DNA of 63,513 nucleotides, the filler included, from Lenisia limosa (lineage: Eukaryota; Protista; Breviatea): NCBI GenBank assembly GCA_001655205.1. It is 13 parts of 13 records of this genome, joined end to end, with 100 filler letters (N's around TTAATTAATTAA, not from the genome) between each part and the next. Parts side by side here need not be neighbours in the genome. Positions count along the whole stretch, not along the records: positions 20,694 to 27,238 come from LPNZ01003391.1; positions 27,339 to 37,921 come from LPNZ01011192.1; 11 more parts are not named here. The stretch is one strand, 5' to 3'. Below are positions 21,365 through 34,021 of this stretch, one piece after another (the first letter of the stretch is position 1; every line of letters begins with the position of its first letter). The translations under genes and the position numbers were made by a program. The notes beneath the pieces are model-generated. The model made no database searches, was not told the origin of the DNA, and was given only the letters and a program-made list of their open reading frames with translations.

Positions 21365-24300
21365 CTAAATCTTTACTCGTGTATTCACCATTTGACTGAA
21401 CGGTTCATATGAAACAGTGCTTTGNNNNNNNNNNNNNNNNNNNNNNNNNNNNNNNNNNNNNNNNNNNNNNNNNNNNNNNNNNNNNNNNNNNNNNNNNNNN
21501 NNNNNNNNNNNNNNNNNNNNNNNNNNNNNNNNNNNNNNNNNNNNNNNNNNNNNNNNNNNNNNNNNNNNNNNNNNNNNNNNNNNNNNNNNNNNNNNNNNNN
21601 NNNNNNNNNNNNNNNNNNNNNNNNNNNNNNNNNNNNNNNNNNNNNAACAAATTGACAAGAGCACTATGTACAAGGATCAGACCGAGAAAATTGTAATCCC
21701 AATTGGGCTCAAAATGAGATGTATACTACAAAATTAATCAGTGGTATGTAATTAATTCCAAAATAGCTTCAGAAAAATCAGAGGTATGATCAATAGCTTC
21801 AGGTTAATCGGAGGTATGTAATCCCAGTAGCTTCAGAATAAAACGTCAAATGTAAATAATTCCTCAGTGTGGATTCTTCCCACCTTAGAGGAGACTTGGG
21901 CCAGAGGGGTATGACCTTCCTGTCATTCATTATAGAAACAAGAAATCATCAGCAGTTGAAATTGGTGCGGATTTTTCAGAGTCATTTTCGGAAGTTACAG
22001 AAAATAGACGTTGGGCGGGGGGGGGGGGGGCNNNNNNNNNNNNNNNNNNNNNNNNNNNNNNNNNNNNNNNNNNNNNNNNNNNNNNNNNNNNNNNNNNNNN
22101 NNNNNNNNNNNCTTTTTATTTGCTTAACCTTGGACGTTTCCCAGGGTTTAAACCCAGTATTAAGATACACTCACATTATCTACTGCGTCAACATCAGCAC
22201 CATTATTAAGAAGAAGTTCTATAACAGCAACTGTTTTCAGGATGCAGATTTTCCCCATCAGTTTCTATTTTCATTACAAAAATTAAAACAACACTTACAT
22301 AGTCTGAATACCACTTTTCTCTGTAACATTTGCTGAGAAACTTCTCAATGTAACATAATGGTGTTTTTCCAAACTAAAATAATGACTCATGAATGTAATG
22401 CAATACAATCTAGCTATATAATCTCTTCGAACAATCATACCAAAACTTTCACTGTCCAGTTCAAAACGCTCACATTATCAGTAGAATTCACATTTGCACC
22501 AAGTTCGATTAGACGCTTGATAACTTCAAGATCATATCCCGACATTACTGCTGTACTCAAGGGTGTGGTTCCATCCTATTGGGTTTACATTCACAAACAG
22601 ATTGTAGCCCATCAATAAAATTGAATTTAATGCTGGACTTCGTAAAGGTAGAATATCAATACTGTTTTTGCAAAATCCGTTCTTTACATTGATTAAACCC
22701 TACCCTAATTAACCCTACATTTTATAATTACCCACTAATGAGATAATTGATGTAAAATTTCAGCGTCGAAATAATGAACGAAAATGAACTTGAGTATTAC
22801 AGAAAAGATGATCATATATATCATATATAGCTATCAAGGTGAATGGTGCATTGTAGGTTTCAATTGTAAATAGCTCAAATGTAGCGTTACAACGAAGTGA
22901 AAAACACGAACTTCAGCGAAATGTCCAGGGCTACCTTGTTTTTTATATCTACTGGTACTCCAAGATCAGTAAGTAGCTCAATAACTTCAACATTACTTGT
23001 GCGACTTAAGACGGTGGTTCCATATTTCGTCTTGGGAATGAAGTGTCAAAACAAAGAAATAAAAATAAATACTGTCCATCATGTCCACGTATTACTTTTG
23101 ACAAGTGCATAATGTATGACTCAAACTCAAAGAACCATTTTACAGCAATTTTGCGACCAATATCCATTTGATGCCCCTACCATTCCCATTGTATTGACAA
23201 CTGCTCCAAGATCGACTAGATGTCTAATTATAGCAACGTGGCCTTTTGAGGCTGCTGAATCCAAGGCTGTCCAGCCATTCTGAAAATTAAATTGCTCTCC
23301 ACATGTCTATTACTCTATGAGAAAATTTGCTTTGATATAATAAAAATGATCCACAATCGTGATATTTTAATTCCTTAACCCCGTTCTTACTTTGTCCTTT
23401 CTCTTGAAATCAGCACCGCAATCAATCAGCAGTCGTAATAATGTAAAATTGCCCGTTCTTGCTGCAACTTCAAGAGGTGCTCTTTTCTCACACTGAATAT
23501 TATTCTGACGATTATTGCGAAGCATGTTTTATTATTATTCTAGCATGGAGAAATAAAAACAAGAGCAACTGTTTACACTATAAACTACCAAGTTGTATCA
23601 TATAGAATATAGAGTATATCACATATAAAAAGTAACTGTTGGTAAAAATGACAAGCAGTAATGCAAGTAAATCAAGCCCACATCATCTTGATTGACATCC
23701 AATCCATTATCAATGTAAAAGAGAGCCATTTCAAGATTTTCACATTCAATGGCGCAATTCAATAAGGAGCTCCCTTTCTAATAATTGAGTGGAGGAAAGA
23801 TAGTGGCCAAGCCGTCTTTAAAATCTTGATTACGCTTTGTAAATGATAGCGTTTCCTTGTTACACCAATGCCCTAACACAAATGCAAATACACGACCGGA
23901 TTCCTTATCAAAATTATGAGAAAAAAACCAAACTATTTATAGATACACAGGTTCAGCTAATTAAAAACTGGTCTAATCTATCAGAAAACAAAAAGGTTAA
24001 AATTATGAGTTTGTCTAAGCATCTGAATAATAAAAACCAAATGAAACTGAGTTATGTCTGTTTTCAATTCACAATGAGCAAATAACTCAAACCCTGCAAG
24101 AATATACCTCAGTCCAAGTTAAGTCACCACCTAATGTCAGCAGATATTTGACGAGTGGCAGGTCGTCGTATTTTGTGGCATCAAATAGGAGATTTCCTGT
24201 ATTAGTCTTCATTGCAGCCCCCTTTTCAATTAGAAGTTTGACCATCTTAAAATCGCGTCTGCGGAGAGATGCGTAGAAGAGGGGGGTTTCCCCCTTCTGG

Positions 24301-26053
24301 AGACAATTAGAGGTATTTTAGTTGAAATGTGTCAAGGGAAAGATTACAATACTGCCTTTAAGCAGAATGAAACGTTAGATGAAGGGATATATATTTTGGC
24401 AAAAAAAAATAATTTTTGAATGGATATTATATCTGTTTCGTGTTAAAGCTCACTCACTTCATTCCGGTTTTCCAATTCAGCACCATTTTCGATCAATAGT
24501 TGTACCATATCACAATTGCTATATTCAACAGCATAGTTAAGTGATTCGGAACTGTACATATTTCTTCGACGTATACCACACATGAATCTAGGGAACCTTC
24601 TCTACTGAGTCAATTCTTACCAGTCTCAAAGCAATACAAAATCATTCAACGGCTTTATGGAAAAATGAGTCCAAGTATATTAGAATTTCAATATTCAAAT
24701 GTACAGATATGATTTATATTTTTTAACCATGGAAAAAGAACAAAAACTGACATTCTCTCATAATAATGTAAAGTCATATATCGATATATCTAGATATGTA
24801 TTTGAGGCATGGCATTTATTAGTTACACAGATATACAAAAAAAAACTTACACGTATCAAGTTAACTCCAAGCTCGGCTAACAACTTAACTGTAGGAAAGT
24901 TGTCCTCAGTTTCACCTATCAGATAACATATATTCTACAATCGTGAATGTGAAGGAAAGAGACAATGCAGCCTCATTTATACTCATATCAGTATAGGTTA
25001 TATTGATATTTGTCTTATCACAAGTGTTAATGGAAAACTGATTTTAATGCTTTAGAAAGTAATTTATGATAAAAACAGAAGGATAACAAGTCATAACTAG
25101 TATTAAATTAATGAAGTAAAGATTTGTAAAAAAAACTTACATCGTAAGATACATTGACTTCTGCACCAAATGAGTGTAGTACTTTGATAGCGGCAGTATT
25201 CCTAAACTCAAGAGCAACTTCAAATGGTGTGGCGTCATTCTTGGGTTGTTATTGTTGATAGTTTTTAATAATCATATTCAATAAGATAGTTTTACCACCG
25301 TGCTTTGCCTTTTCGCAATGAGGCCAAAGGCAATATTGCATGAATTGAAAACACACAGACCTTGTCTGTAACCTCAACATTGGCACCAAGAGTGGCAAGT
25401 TCTACGATTGTTTCAGTGCTGCCAGGCCCTTTCATTGCCCTAACCGCAAGGTGTAACGGTGTTTGACACTATGGCATTTGAGAATACTGACATCGTTTTC
25501 CCATTAAAAGCACACGGTGTGTTCACACAGTGAATAGATCTGTCATTCTAGAATTTCACCCCAAAAGGCTTTTTTGTTTACTTAGTATACATCTCATCAT
25601 AGATTTATACTGATGTGATATTTATTTTACAGATAATAGGCGGTATGATGAACATGACAACAGATAACAGCTCACATTATCGTCACGGGAGTCCACATAT
25701 GCTCCAAGCTTTACCAATGCACGAATGGTAGACTTACTGGCCAGTTGCTGAGCGGCCAAATGAAGGGGTGTTCTCCCATCCTTGGTCAGTTATAGGAACT
25801 AGAGAGGAAACATTAGTATTTTGGAAAGATTGTCAGAAATTTGAATTAGTGGTTTTGATATGGTTTTCAAGCTAGGATACCGTATGTACATACACTCGTT
25901 AGAATAGAATATATAAGCCTCCTAATTTCAAGAATCATGTTTTTTTTCAAATCGCAAATCTCAAACGCTGGTGACCCAGTCAGGGTCGTCTTCCTGAAGT
26001 CTTAGTAATTCTTCGGGAGAATATCTGTGGTCATCATCATCATAATTCTTCAT
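21365..26053 (-). CDS. Ankyrin-repeat protein (about 10 or more repeats, roughly one per exon)
   Basis: Exons such as DGRTPLHLAAQQLASKSTIRALVKLGAYVDSRDDN, CQTPLHLAVRAM...LGANVEVTDK, GETPLFYAS...LLIEKGA, NGWTALDSAASKGHVAIIRHLVDLGA, GTTPLSTAVMSGYDLEVIKRLIELGANVNSTDN. Termini uncertain. Confidence 0.85.
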
Positions 26054-27603
26054 GTTCCTTGGGTTAAATAACAAATTTTATCACCTAGCATGTTCCTAGT
26101 ATTCCTTAAAAACTGTGGAAACTATCAACAGTTATAACAAATATATATCTAATGATATACTATATACTATATACTATGGCATACAAAACAGATTTTTTAT
26201 TGCTTGTTTAATAGACACGCATCGGCGACAATCGCCAACAATTGCCTTTTATGGAAAGACGCATAATGTTCCTCTTTCTCAAATAAACATTTAACAAGAG
26301 GCAACTGAGACACTGAGGTTAATAATAAATAATAATATAACTAAATACCAAGTTTGACTATCTATCAATACACCAAATGCCCCAACAATGTACCATTAGA
26401 TTTAGATCTTCACGATCCTTTTGGTTTTGGGGGCCCTTTCAGTTTTTTTCGGGTTTGTCAGTTTGTCAGTTGTAGCTTGTCAGTTGTAGCCCAAAAGTAG
26501 TAAGTAAGTAAGTAATACAAGTTAATTGTTTTTTGTCACAGAAAAGGCATGAAAGTCTTGCGACTGGTAATAAGTAACATATCATAAGTGTCGAAAGCTC
26601 TGCTGATAGAGTCCCTACTTCAGTATTCACCGCGCTTAAATAACCAAGCAGTTGAATATGTCTCAGTTTAGTGTTGGCGGCTAAGGGAAACCAAGTCCCT
26701 CCTCCCTTCCATTTCCATCCATCAATCGTCAAACTTTAATTTTCTCTAAACTCCGTGAGAGTCTTCTCTTGCGTCTTCCTTTGGTCTGCTTCAATGTTTG
26801 GACAGTCACAGCAACGCATCGCAGAGGGTATGGTGATGGCTCTAGGCGGCGTATATTCCAAATGATTGGGTGAATTCATAGTATACTATAATCCAATATC
26901 TCTTCTCAGTGTGATTGTGGACGGCTTCAGCCAGATACAGGTTAGGAGTGCTCTTGAGGTGCATATTACACCTCATAAATATGTGTTTTTTTTTAAAATA
27001 AATGTGAGTTATAAAAACAGTGTTTGGAGTCCCAAAATGAATAAGTAAACCTAGTTTTGTAAAAAATACAAGTTGCAAGATGTACACATTAAACCAACTT
27101 GGTGATTGCTTGGAGAAATTATATCATACAAAGGAGGTGCCAGAGAGTTAGAATTGTAGACATCAAAGGCTTTATAGAATAATATTAGTACTATACTAAA
27201 TAGCTATTACATATCATATTGTTTTTAGTATAATATTANNNNNNNNNNNNNNNNNNNNNNNNNNNNNNNNNNNNNNNNNNNNTTAATTAATTAANNNNNN
27301 NNNNNNNNNNNNNNNNNNNNNNNNNNNNNNNNNNNNNNGACGGCTCGACGACTGTGTGCTCTTTGCTGTGCTCATCAAGCTGTGCTTAAATTTGGCTTAA
27401 TAACATAGTTAGTTCCTAGTTCCACCAGACAGCTGCCAGGACGGACGAGTTTGAGGAGGGGAACACTTCTAGAGGTTATTCTTTTATTAATAACTTTCAC
27501 CAAGGTCAAGTTCTCTATACAAGGATGTTAAATGGATCATAGATGCATATCAATACTCAATACCATGTATTGTGTCTTCAAACTAACTCACACTTGAGGA
27601 ATA

Positions 27604-30457
27604 ATGACAGCCCCGCAAGATGCATCCCTTCTCTTCAGGGTGTCATTGGTGGCCTTTGCTCTCCTTGAGGTTAGTTATGGGTAACTTAATTTTCTCATTT
27701 GTGCCGGCATGCTCTCTGTGATTTTTATAATTTAGATGCTTCTTTGTGCTGGTGTATACCTAGGCTGGGCTGGTATGAGGGTGAGATAGTATATATCTCT
27801 AAATCTGTGGCTCAAGACGAGTTTTGGAGTGCCTATCTGAGATATTGTGCAGGGACTTGTTTGCCTTATTTTTGAATTTCATTCTTCTATGTATGCTGGG
27901 GTGCACAAAGTTGCAAGGCAAATCATTGGGCAAATTATTATTATACAAGCATAATGATGTGGACGACTTAGGCCAGACTCCTTGTCTACATATTTCGATG
28001 TCTGTCTCCAAATATGTGCTAAAACGTTTAGGAATGTACCGCATTCTCAGAGATGAAGGCCAATTTAGCGAAAGTAGGAGGAGAGTTATTGTTTCAGCGA
28101 CCATTATTTAGAGGGACTATAACGGTTCAATAGCATATCTCATATGTATATATATTACATATCATATATACACTTAGATCAAGAGTCGTAATACCATCAC
28201 GATGCTTTTGAGACTTGAAACCATTATTATAAGATTGATTATTTGAGTAACCAGGTAGTGTAACAGTGTATCAGCTTTTTTTTTGAGACTGACGATTTTT
28301 GAGCCCGAGCGCCCCTTTTTTGAGACATCAGACTTTAACTCTCTTTAATTGATCAGAGTGCACAGAGCAAGATCGATTGAATGATGAAGTTTGTGATGAC
28401 CAGGTGGGACTGGACTGTCATAATGATGGTACAGAGAAACGAAATGTGTGTTTTATTAATATTGTAGGCTGTAAGTCTGAATTTCATTTACACGCTTGCA
28501 AGTAGTGCAATGTGCTTTGGATTCACTCTCTTTGGAATAGTCCTTGATAAAACAGGGTAAGTCGGTTGACTGTACTGATTTTTTAGTCCGAGAACTACTG
28601 GTATACTGTCCATGGGACTTGTGTTTATTGGTGCCTTTATCTTCGCCAAGAGCAATAGCCAAGATAACAACTATTTTGGACCCGGGCTTTTTTTGCTGAC
28701 AATGGGTGGATATGGACTCAGTTTGACCACACACCATTTACAGGTGAGCAAACGCTTTTAGACCTTCGTTATTTGATTCAAAAGTTAATGATATAGAATC
28801 TTTTTCCAAGTAACAAGGGTATTGTTGCATCTATGCTTCCTGCAGCCGTATCAATGTCTGCTGCTGTGTTTATTATTATGGAGGTGAGAAAGCGACGCCG
28901 TTTTAATGATATCCGATTTACTTNNNNNNNNNNNNNNNNNNNNNNNNNNNNNNNNNNNNNNNNNNNNNNNNNNNNNNNNNNNNNNNNNNNNNNNNNATGC
29001 TGGTCATGAGACGCTAATGCTGTAGCAGGGACAGGCACAAAGTTTCACCATTTTCTCTGGGTCTCCCTTTGTCATACTTTAGGTGGTACCTTGGCCTAGT
29101 TGTCGTGGTCCTTCTATTAGTTATTATGACACATACCAAAGCGAAAGTTCTTCCGGTGTGTGGGTGAAGGATAATTGTTCTGATACACCATTTCTTATTA
29201 CTTCAGCATGCTGCTCATATTCCTGGACCAAGTAAACTACCAATCAAATATTACATTAAATCCTGGCCCTTTGTCTTGGTTGTCGGGTACACCGTTGTTG
29301 GTATGAGGATTTAGGCTTGTGTTTAAGAATTGAATGTGATTTCACCTGCCTAGGTATCTTCATTTTGATGTCATACTTCGGAACGTCTCCTTATCAGCTG
29401 GAGGCTATGGGTGATGATGATGGGGTGGGTAAGAATATATTCTTTAACAACTTAGACATACACAAGACTTCTTGGAATTTTTGCTTCAATGGCTTGGGTA
29501 CTCTATCCAATTGCAGGTCTGAGGGAAGGGTAGTAATTAATTGGTGACTGTCTTGTGTCTAACTGATTTAGGACGAACAGTTGACCGCCTTGGTTTTGGC
29601 ATTTCCTTTTTATACACAAGTATATTCCTAGTTTGCTCAGACTACCATTCATTTTCATTTTCATTCACAATTCTCGTTTGATTCTTTAGATAATTTTCCT
29701 CATCTTTGCAAGTATCAAAATACTTGAATTGCAGGTGTGCTTTGGAGGTAATAGTATATCTGACATTGGATAATTTGATATAAAAAAAACAGCGTTTTAT
29801 ACAGAAACCTCTTTCCCATTAACTCCCGACATGCAGTTTTTTAACGTCTCCTTCAACTTCCTCAAGATTTTAGATTGTGACTTTCTTTTTTCATTCGCTG
29901 TCGCGAGCGTTCTTGTTTTCTTCATTATTTGCATTCGTCAACAGGTAAGAAACTCTCTCAGTTTGACTCCAGATGGATATCAGCACACCACTACGGCTAT
30001 TTAATGGCTATTTTGATGGCATTTGTTGGGGTCTTCCTCTTGGGACAGGTGGGTTCGAGTGGAATGTCTTTCTCAATACCGAAAAGAATCAAATGGCGGA
30101 CTTTTAAACGACTGAAACTCATCGCTCACGTCATTTCTGGGATAACACTTCTAGTTTCAAATCTCACCTTTAGACTTTGTTTAGATCGATTTGAAGAATC
30201 CCCATATTTGTATATTCCTCCCTGATGAAACAAACCATGAGCTATCATGACTGACCACCTTATAGACACCAATGTTATTGTTGGTTCAGGGCCCTCTGGA
30301 TAACAATTACCTGATATTCAATATTGGAATGATCGCTGTTTCTCTTGTCGCGCTGGTCTTTCCCATCTATCTTCTGTGTAAAAAATCCATTTCTTATGGA
30401 CCTACTCTGGTTGAGTCTCAGCTAACGGTTTGCCTTTCTTTGTTACTCATCAAATAG
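27604..30457 (+). CDS. MFS transporter, SLC43/LAT3/FMP42-like
   Basis: MTAPQDASLLFRVSLVAFALLE + MLLCAGVYLGWA; NLFPSNKGIVASMLPAAVSMSAAVFIIME (cf. SLC43 NLFP...S..VF); several hydrophobic exons through ~30457. Confidence 0.6.
27891..27945 (+). repeat. Family B dispersed intronic repeat (donor-proximal), representative copy starting at the GT donor
   Basis: Consensus GTATGCTGGGGAGGCACGCAGAAAGCTGTGTGCACAGAGTTGTCAGGCAAATGATTGGGTGAATTA...ATCCAATATCTCTTATAAGCGTGATGGTGTGGACGGCTTCGGCCAGATAC. Other copies: 11340-11373(-), 26860-26940(+), 39600-39727(-), 40740-40860(-, two), 41585-41617(-), 43448-43553(+), 48075-48105(+), 48725-48825(-), 48890-49044(-), 57358-57465(+), 58780-58820(-). Confidence 0.85.
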
Positions 30458-30795
30458 GCCGTTGTACTTGATTCTTCACCAGGGAACGTTGAGGTGTTTC
30501 CCAATGATGCCAGGGTCGAAAATAGGGAAGACGAAGTCAGGAAAGAAGATCAGGAGGGGGAATCCTAAAGGTGAAGAAAAAAGGAAGAAGAAAGGAGCAG
30601 TTTGGAGAAAGAAGCAGACAGAGTGAGGGAGTGATGGTTGATGGGAAGGTAAAACTTTTGATGGTGATATGGTGTGTTATGTTGTTATGCGTGTTTGCTA
30701 ATCTTTGATGTGATAGACAACTGATGATCAAAACCGACTATTCAGGGTACACAGCCATGTATCAAAAAAAAAAACCGAACTAAATAAAATACAAT

Positions 30796-32255
30796 CTACA
30801 TGCGGGTAGCAAGGCAACGGACACAGACGGGGTTCTCGGTCTTGTACGGGGCGAACTTGTCAGACTCCTCGAGGAGAGTCACCTCGAATCCAAGAGCCTC
30901 AAGCTCAGCCTTGAGCTCGCTAGCGTCAATGAATCTAAGGCATCAGTTTGGTCTTGTAGTGAGTAAGGAGGACCATGTAACGCACCTTCTGTAATGGGCA
31001 TCAGCGTGTCCAGTCTTGCCAGCAAAAGCGTGGCGACCCATTGGGGTGCCGACACCGTAGAGAGGGTCCTTGGTGGAACGAGCCTCAATGCAGAGCACAC
31101 CACCAACCTTGAGGAGCTCCTTAGCTTGCTTGAACATAGCAGCCTGGGATGTTAGTTTACAGTCCGGAGAGAAAGACATGATGTACAACAAATGCACTGT
31201 GAACCGGGCCTAACCTGGATGTGCTCAGGGACGGAGTGGATAGAGAAACGACTGTAGAAGGTGTCAAAGCCATTCTCAAGATTGAGCTCCTCGAGTTTTC
31301 CCATGTCTCCCTTCTTGAAAATGCACTTGGTGGCATCCTTGGGCTCGGCAGCTAGGTCAACGGCAATAACGTCACACCCCGACTAAGCAAAAGTAAAGGT
31401 GGTCCTTTGGAGACGAGCAAAGAGATATTCCCCCAAAAGTGATTCACAACCGTTTTTGGTTAATAATCTATTATGCCGGAGTCAAAGATTCAGGAAACTT
31501 GAAACTGAACACGAAGCAGAAGTATGAGAAAGGTAGGAAAGACTGAATATTAGGCAAAGGAGAATAGGTAGGGGGATACGATTTGATTGAGGTTTATGAA
31601 ACATTTTAGTCATTTCACTCCCAATTTTCGACGCTACAATCGCGGGGAAGGGCTGAGTTTTGAATCTTACCTTTGCAAAATGGTAGGAGTCGCGTCCAGT
31701 ACCACAACCGATGTCAAGGAGACGTCCAGAGGAAGCTACTGTCTCAGAAACAAATTGAGCGAAGCTAAAAAGCCATTAGAAACAAAAAAAGTTCTCAGTC
31801 TATCTTACAGAGAGGGATCTCCGATGTTGTGGGTGGCATAGTAGCCTGACCAGTAGTTCTGTGATTCGGTTTTCGACTAAGAAGTAAGAGGAATGAACCA
31901 ATTATTTTCTCTGAACTCACAGCTGTAGTTTCAGTCATTGTGTGTGTTTAGAAGACTTGATTTACTCAAAAAAACAAAAAATCCGAAAAAAAAAACAGAT
32001 TTTCGGGAGTGATGATCAATGATCATCACTCCACTAGTGAAAAACCTTGTGCAACCACCTTTCAAGTGCTCCGCCGGCAGCACAACCCTGCTGTAGCCTC
32101 TTCCTTGTCTCTTCATCAATTCAGAACTCCAAAACTGCAAACAAAACTTCAAATTCTTACCTTATCCCAACATCCCAAACTTTTTTCGCCCATCATATCA
32201 TCATATCAAACATTCCTTTGACTCTTTTGACACCTCGTTGGTAATTAGAAGCCAT
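30796..32255 (-). CDS. Class I SAM-dependent methyltransferase
   Basis: Motif I LLDIGCGTGRDS; VIAVDL; FYSRFSIHSV; LLKVGGVLCIEARSTKDPLYG; HYRR/RFIDASELKAELEALGFEV...NPVCVRCLATRM*. Confidence 0.8.
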
Positions 32256-32315
32256 GAGAAATCCATACAACAGTCTTAGGACTTCAAAACTAAAAGAAAA
32301 GTGAAACAGAGGTGA

Positions 32316-33870
32316 TTAGGTCTTCATGTGTTTACGCTTGCCGATCTGAATTGTGAGAGCAAAACCAAAAATAAATAAAAAAAAAGTGGCACAAAGTTTA
32401 CCTCCTATCCCACATACCACGGCAACGAAACCTTGTTTGACAGTTGTGACTGATCTTGATGAACCACATTGGCCACAGGTAACGAAGTAAAGACGATTAC
32501 GCTTGCTCAACTCAGTCTCAGGTGATCTGCAAGTTCGGCATGTCACATACTCCACTACAAGGTCAAAATGATAATATTCAAATCAATAATAAATATCACC
32601 TGCTAATAGTAATAATACTTGAAAAAAAAAAAAAAAACAGTTTTGGGTAGCCAACAGATATATCTTCTGAGAAGGTTTTCGATATGTTTTGAATGTAATC
32701 TCGTCCTGATGGTGAACTGTCCCTTGGAATCCTGAAAATAATGAATAATGGTGTTCAAAAAATAGTTAATTCTAGTTAATCGGCAACCCATCATACCTGA
32801 GAACCAGTAGTGTTAAGTTCGGCAAGGCAGAATGACATCACATGTTCCTCCGACCTCTTCATACTATTTGGTCACTCAAACAATTATACCCCTTATACCC
32901 GGATAGTTCAGAACTAGGTGATAAGAAGGCTTACGTAGCACAGATATCAGGGAAGTTGGTCCATACGACCTTCTTGGAGCCTTGACGAACAAGCTGTAAA
33001 CAATGATTGGGGGCTTCAAAAAAAAAAAAAATANNNNNNNNNNNNNNNNNNNNNNNNNNNNNNNNNNNNNNNNNNNNNNNNNNNNNNNNNNNNNNNNNNN
33101 NNNNNNNNNNNNNNNNNNNNNNNNNNNNNNNNNNNNNNNNNNNNNNNNNNNNNNNNNNNNNNNNNNNNNNTTCTTTGTATATTGTCTCAAAAACACGTTC
33201 AAGAAGCTACATTGTTAAAAGCAAAAGGCCATAACACTGCTTTGTCAAAATGAAATGGTTGTCACTAACCTCCTCGTATGTGCAATCGCGATTCTGAAGG
33301 ACCCAGAGTGGCTTATCAAGGTCTTCATCTTCAGCAGGGGCAGCCTCCTCTCCCTCTTCTTCAGCCCCAAGAGTCTAAAAAATATGAGACAAAGATCGAT
33401 AACATACTGCCTTCTTCTTCTTACGGCGCTTTTTCACAAGAAGGGCATCAACCTACATCAAAATTAGAAGAGAAGAGTGCAGGGGGGCTGCTACAATAAA
33501 GCAAAGAGCAAGGACACTTTGTGTGAAATATCAATCTGAGCAATATTATGTAGATCTGTATGGCAAGCCCGGAAACTGAAGCAAAAGGAAGACTCAAATC
33601 AACTTACGTCTTCTTCCTTGTTCTCCTCTTCAAGAACTTCCTTCTCCTTCTTCTTCTTACGCTTCTTTTTAGTCATATCTAAGGCTCCATCCTCAACTAT
33701 TCCCATTAGAATTATAAAAGAACAAAAAAACTGAAAATAGTACAAAAAAACTCACTGTTAGTGGATTCAAGCTTCTCAGCAACTTCTTCGACGTCCTTCT
33801 TCGACTTCTTCTTCTTCTTCTTTGGAAGGTCGAGAACGGCCTGTTCCACTGGTTCCTTATCGTCAGCCAT
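32316..33870 (-). CDS. EIF2S2: Eukaryotic translation initiation factor 2 subunit beta
   Basis: N-terminal poly-Lys boxes, RDCTYEE, KKVVWTNFPDIC, HVMSFCLAELNTTGS, IENLLRRYI, zinc finger EYVTCRTCRSPET...CGQCGSSRSV...GF.AV.GKR, ending in TAA. Confidence 0.95.
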
Positions 33871-34021
33871 ATTAAAAGACAGTTTATCACAAAAAAAACT
33901 CGAAAAAGAACCGGTGTCAAAATTAAGGACATGTCCACGGACCGGCTATCTTGAAAAGTGGGGAATTTTTTTGTAAAAACAGCCTTTTAGGGGGTTGTTT
34001 CATTAAATTAAGTACTCAATA

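Noticed and set aside
25780-25802. In-frame TAA before DGRTPLH as evidence of a TAR=Gln genetic code
   Set aside because: Explained by an AAG acceptor just before GATGGG. eIF2-beta ends in TAA and the methyltransferase in TAG at expected positions, consistent with the standard code.
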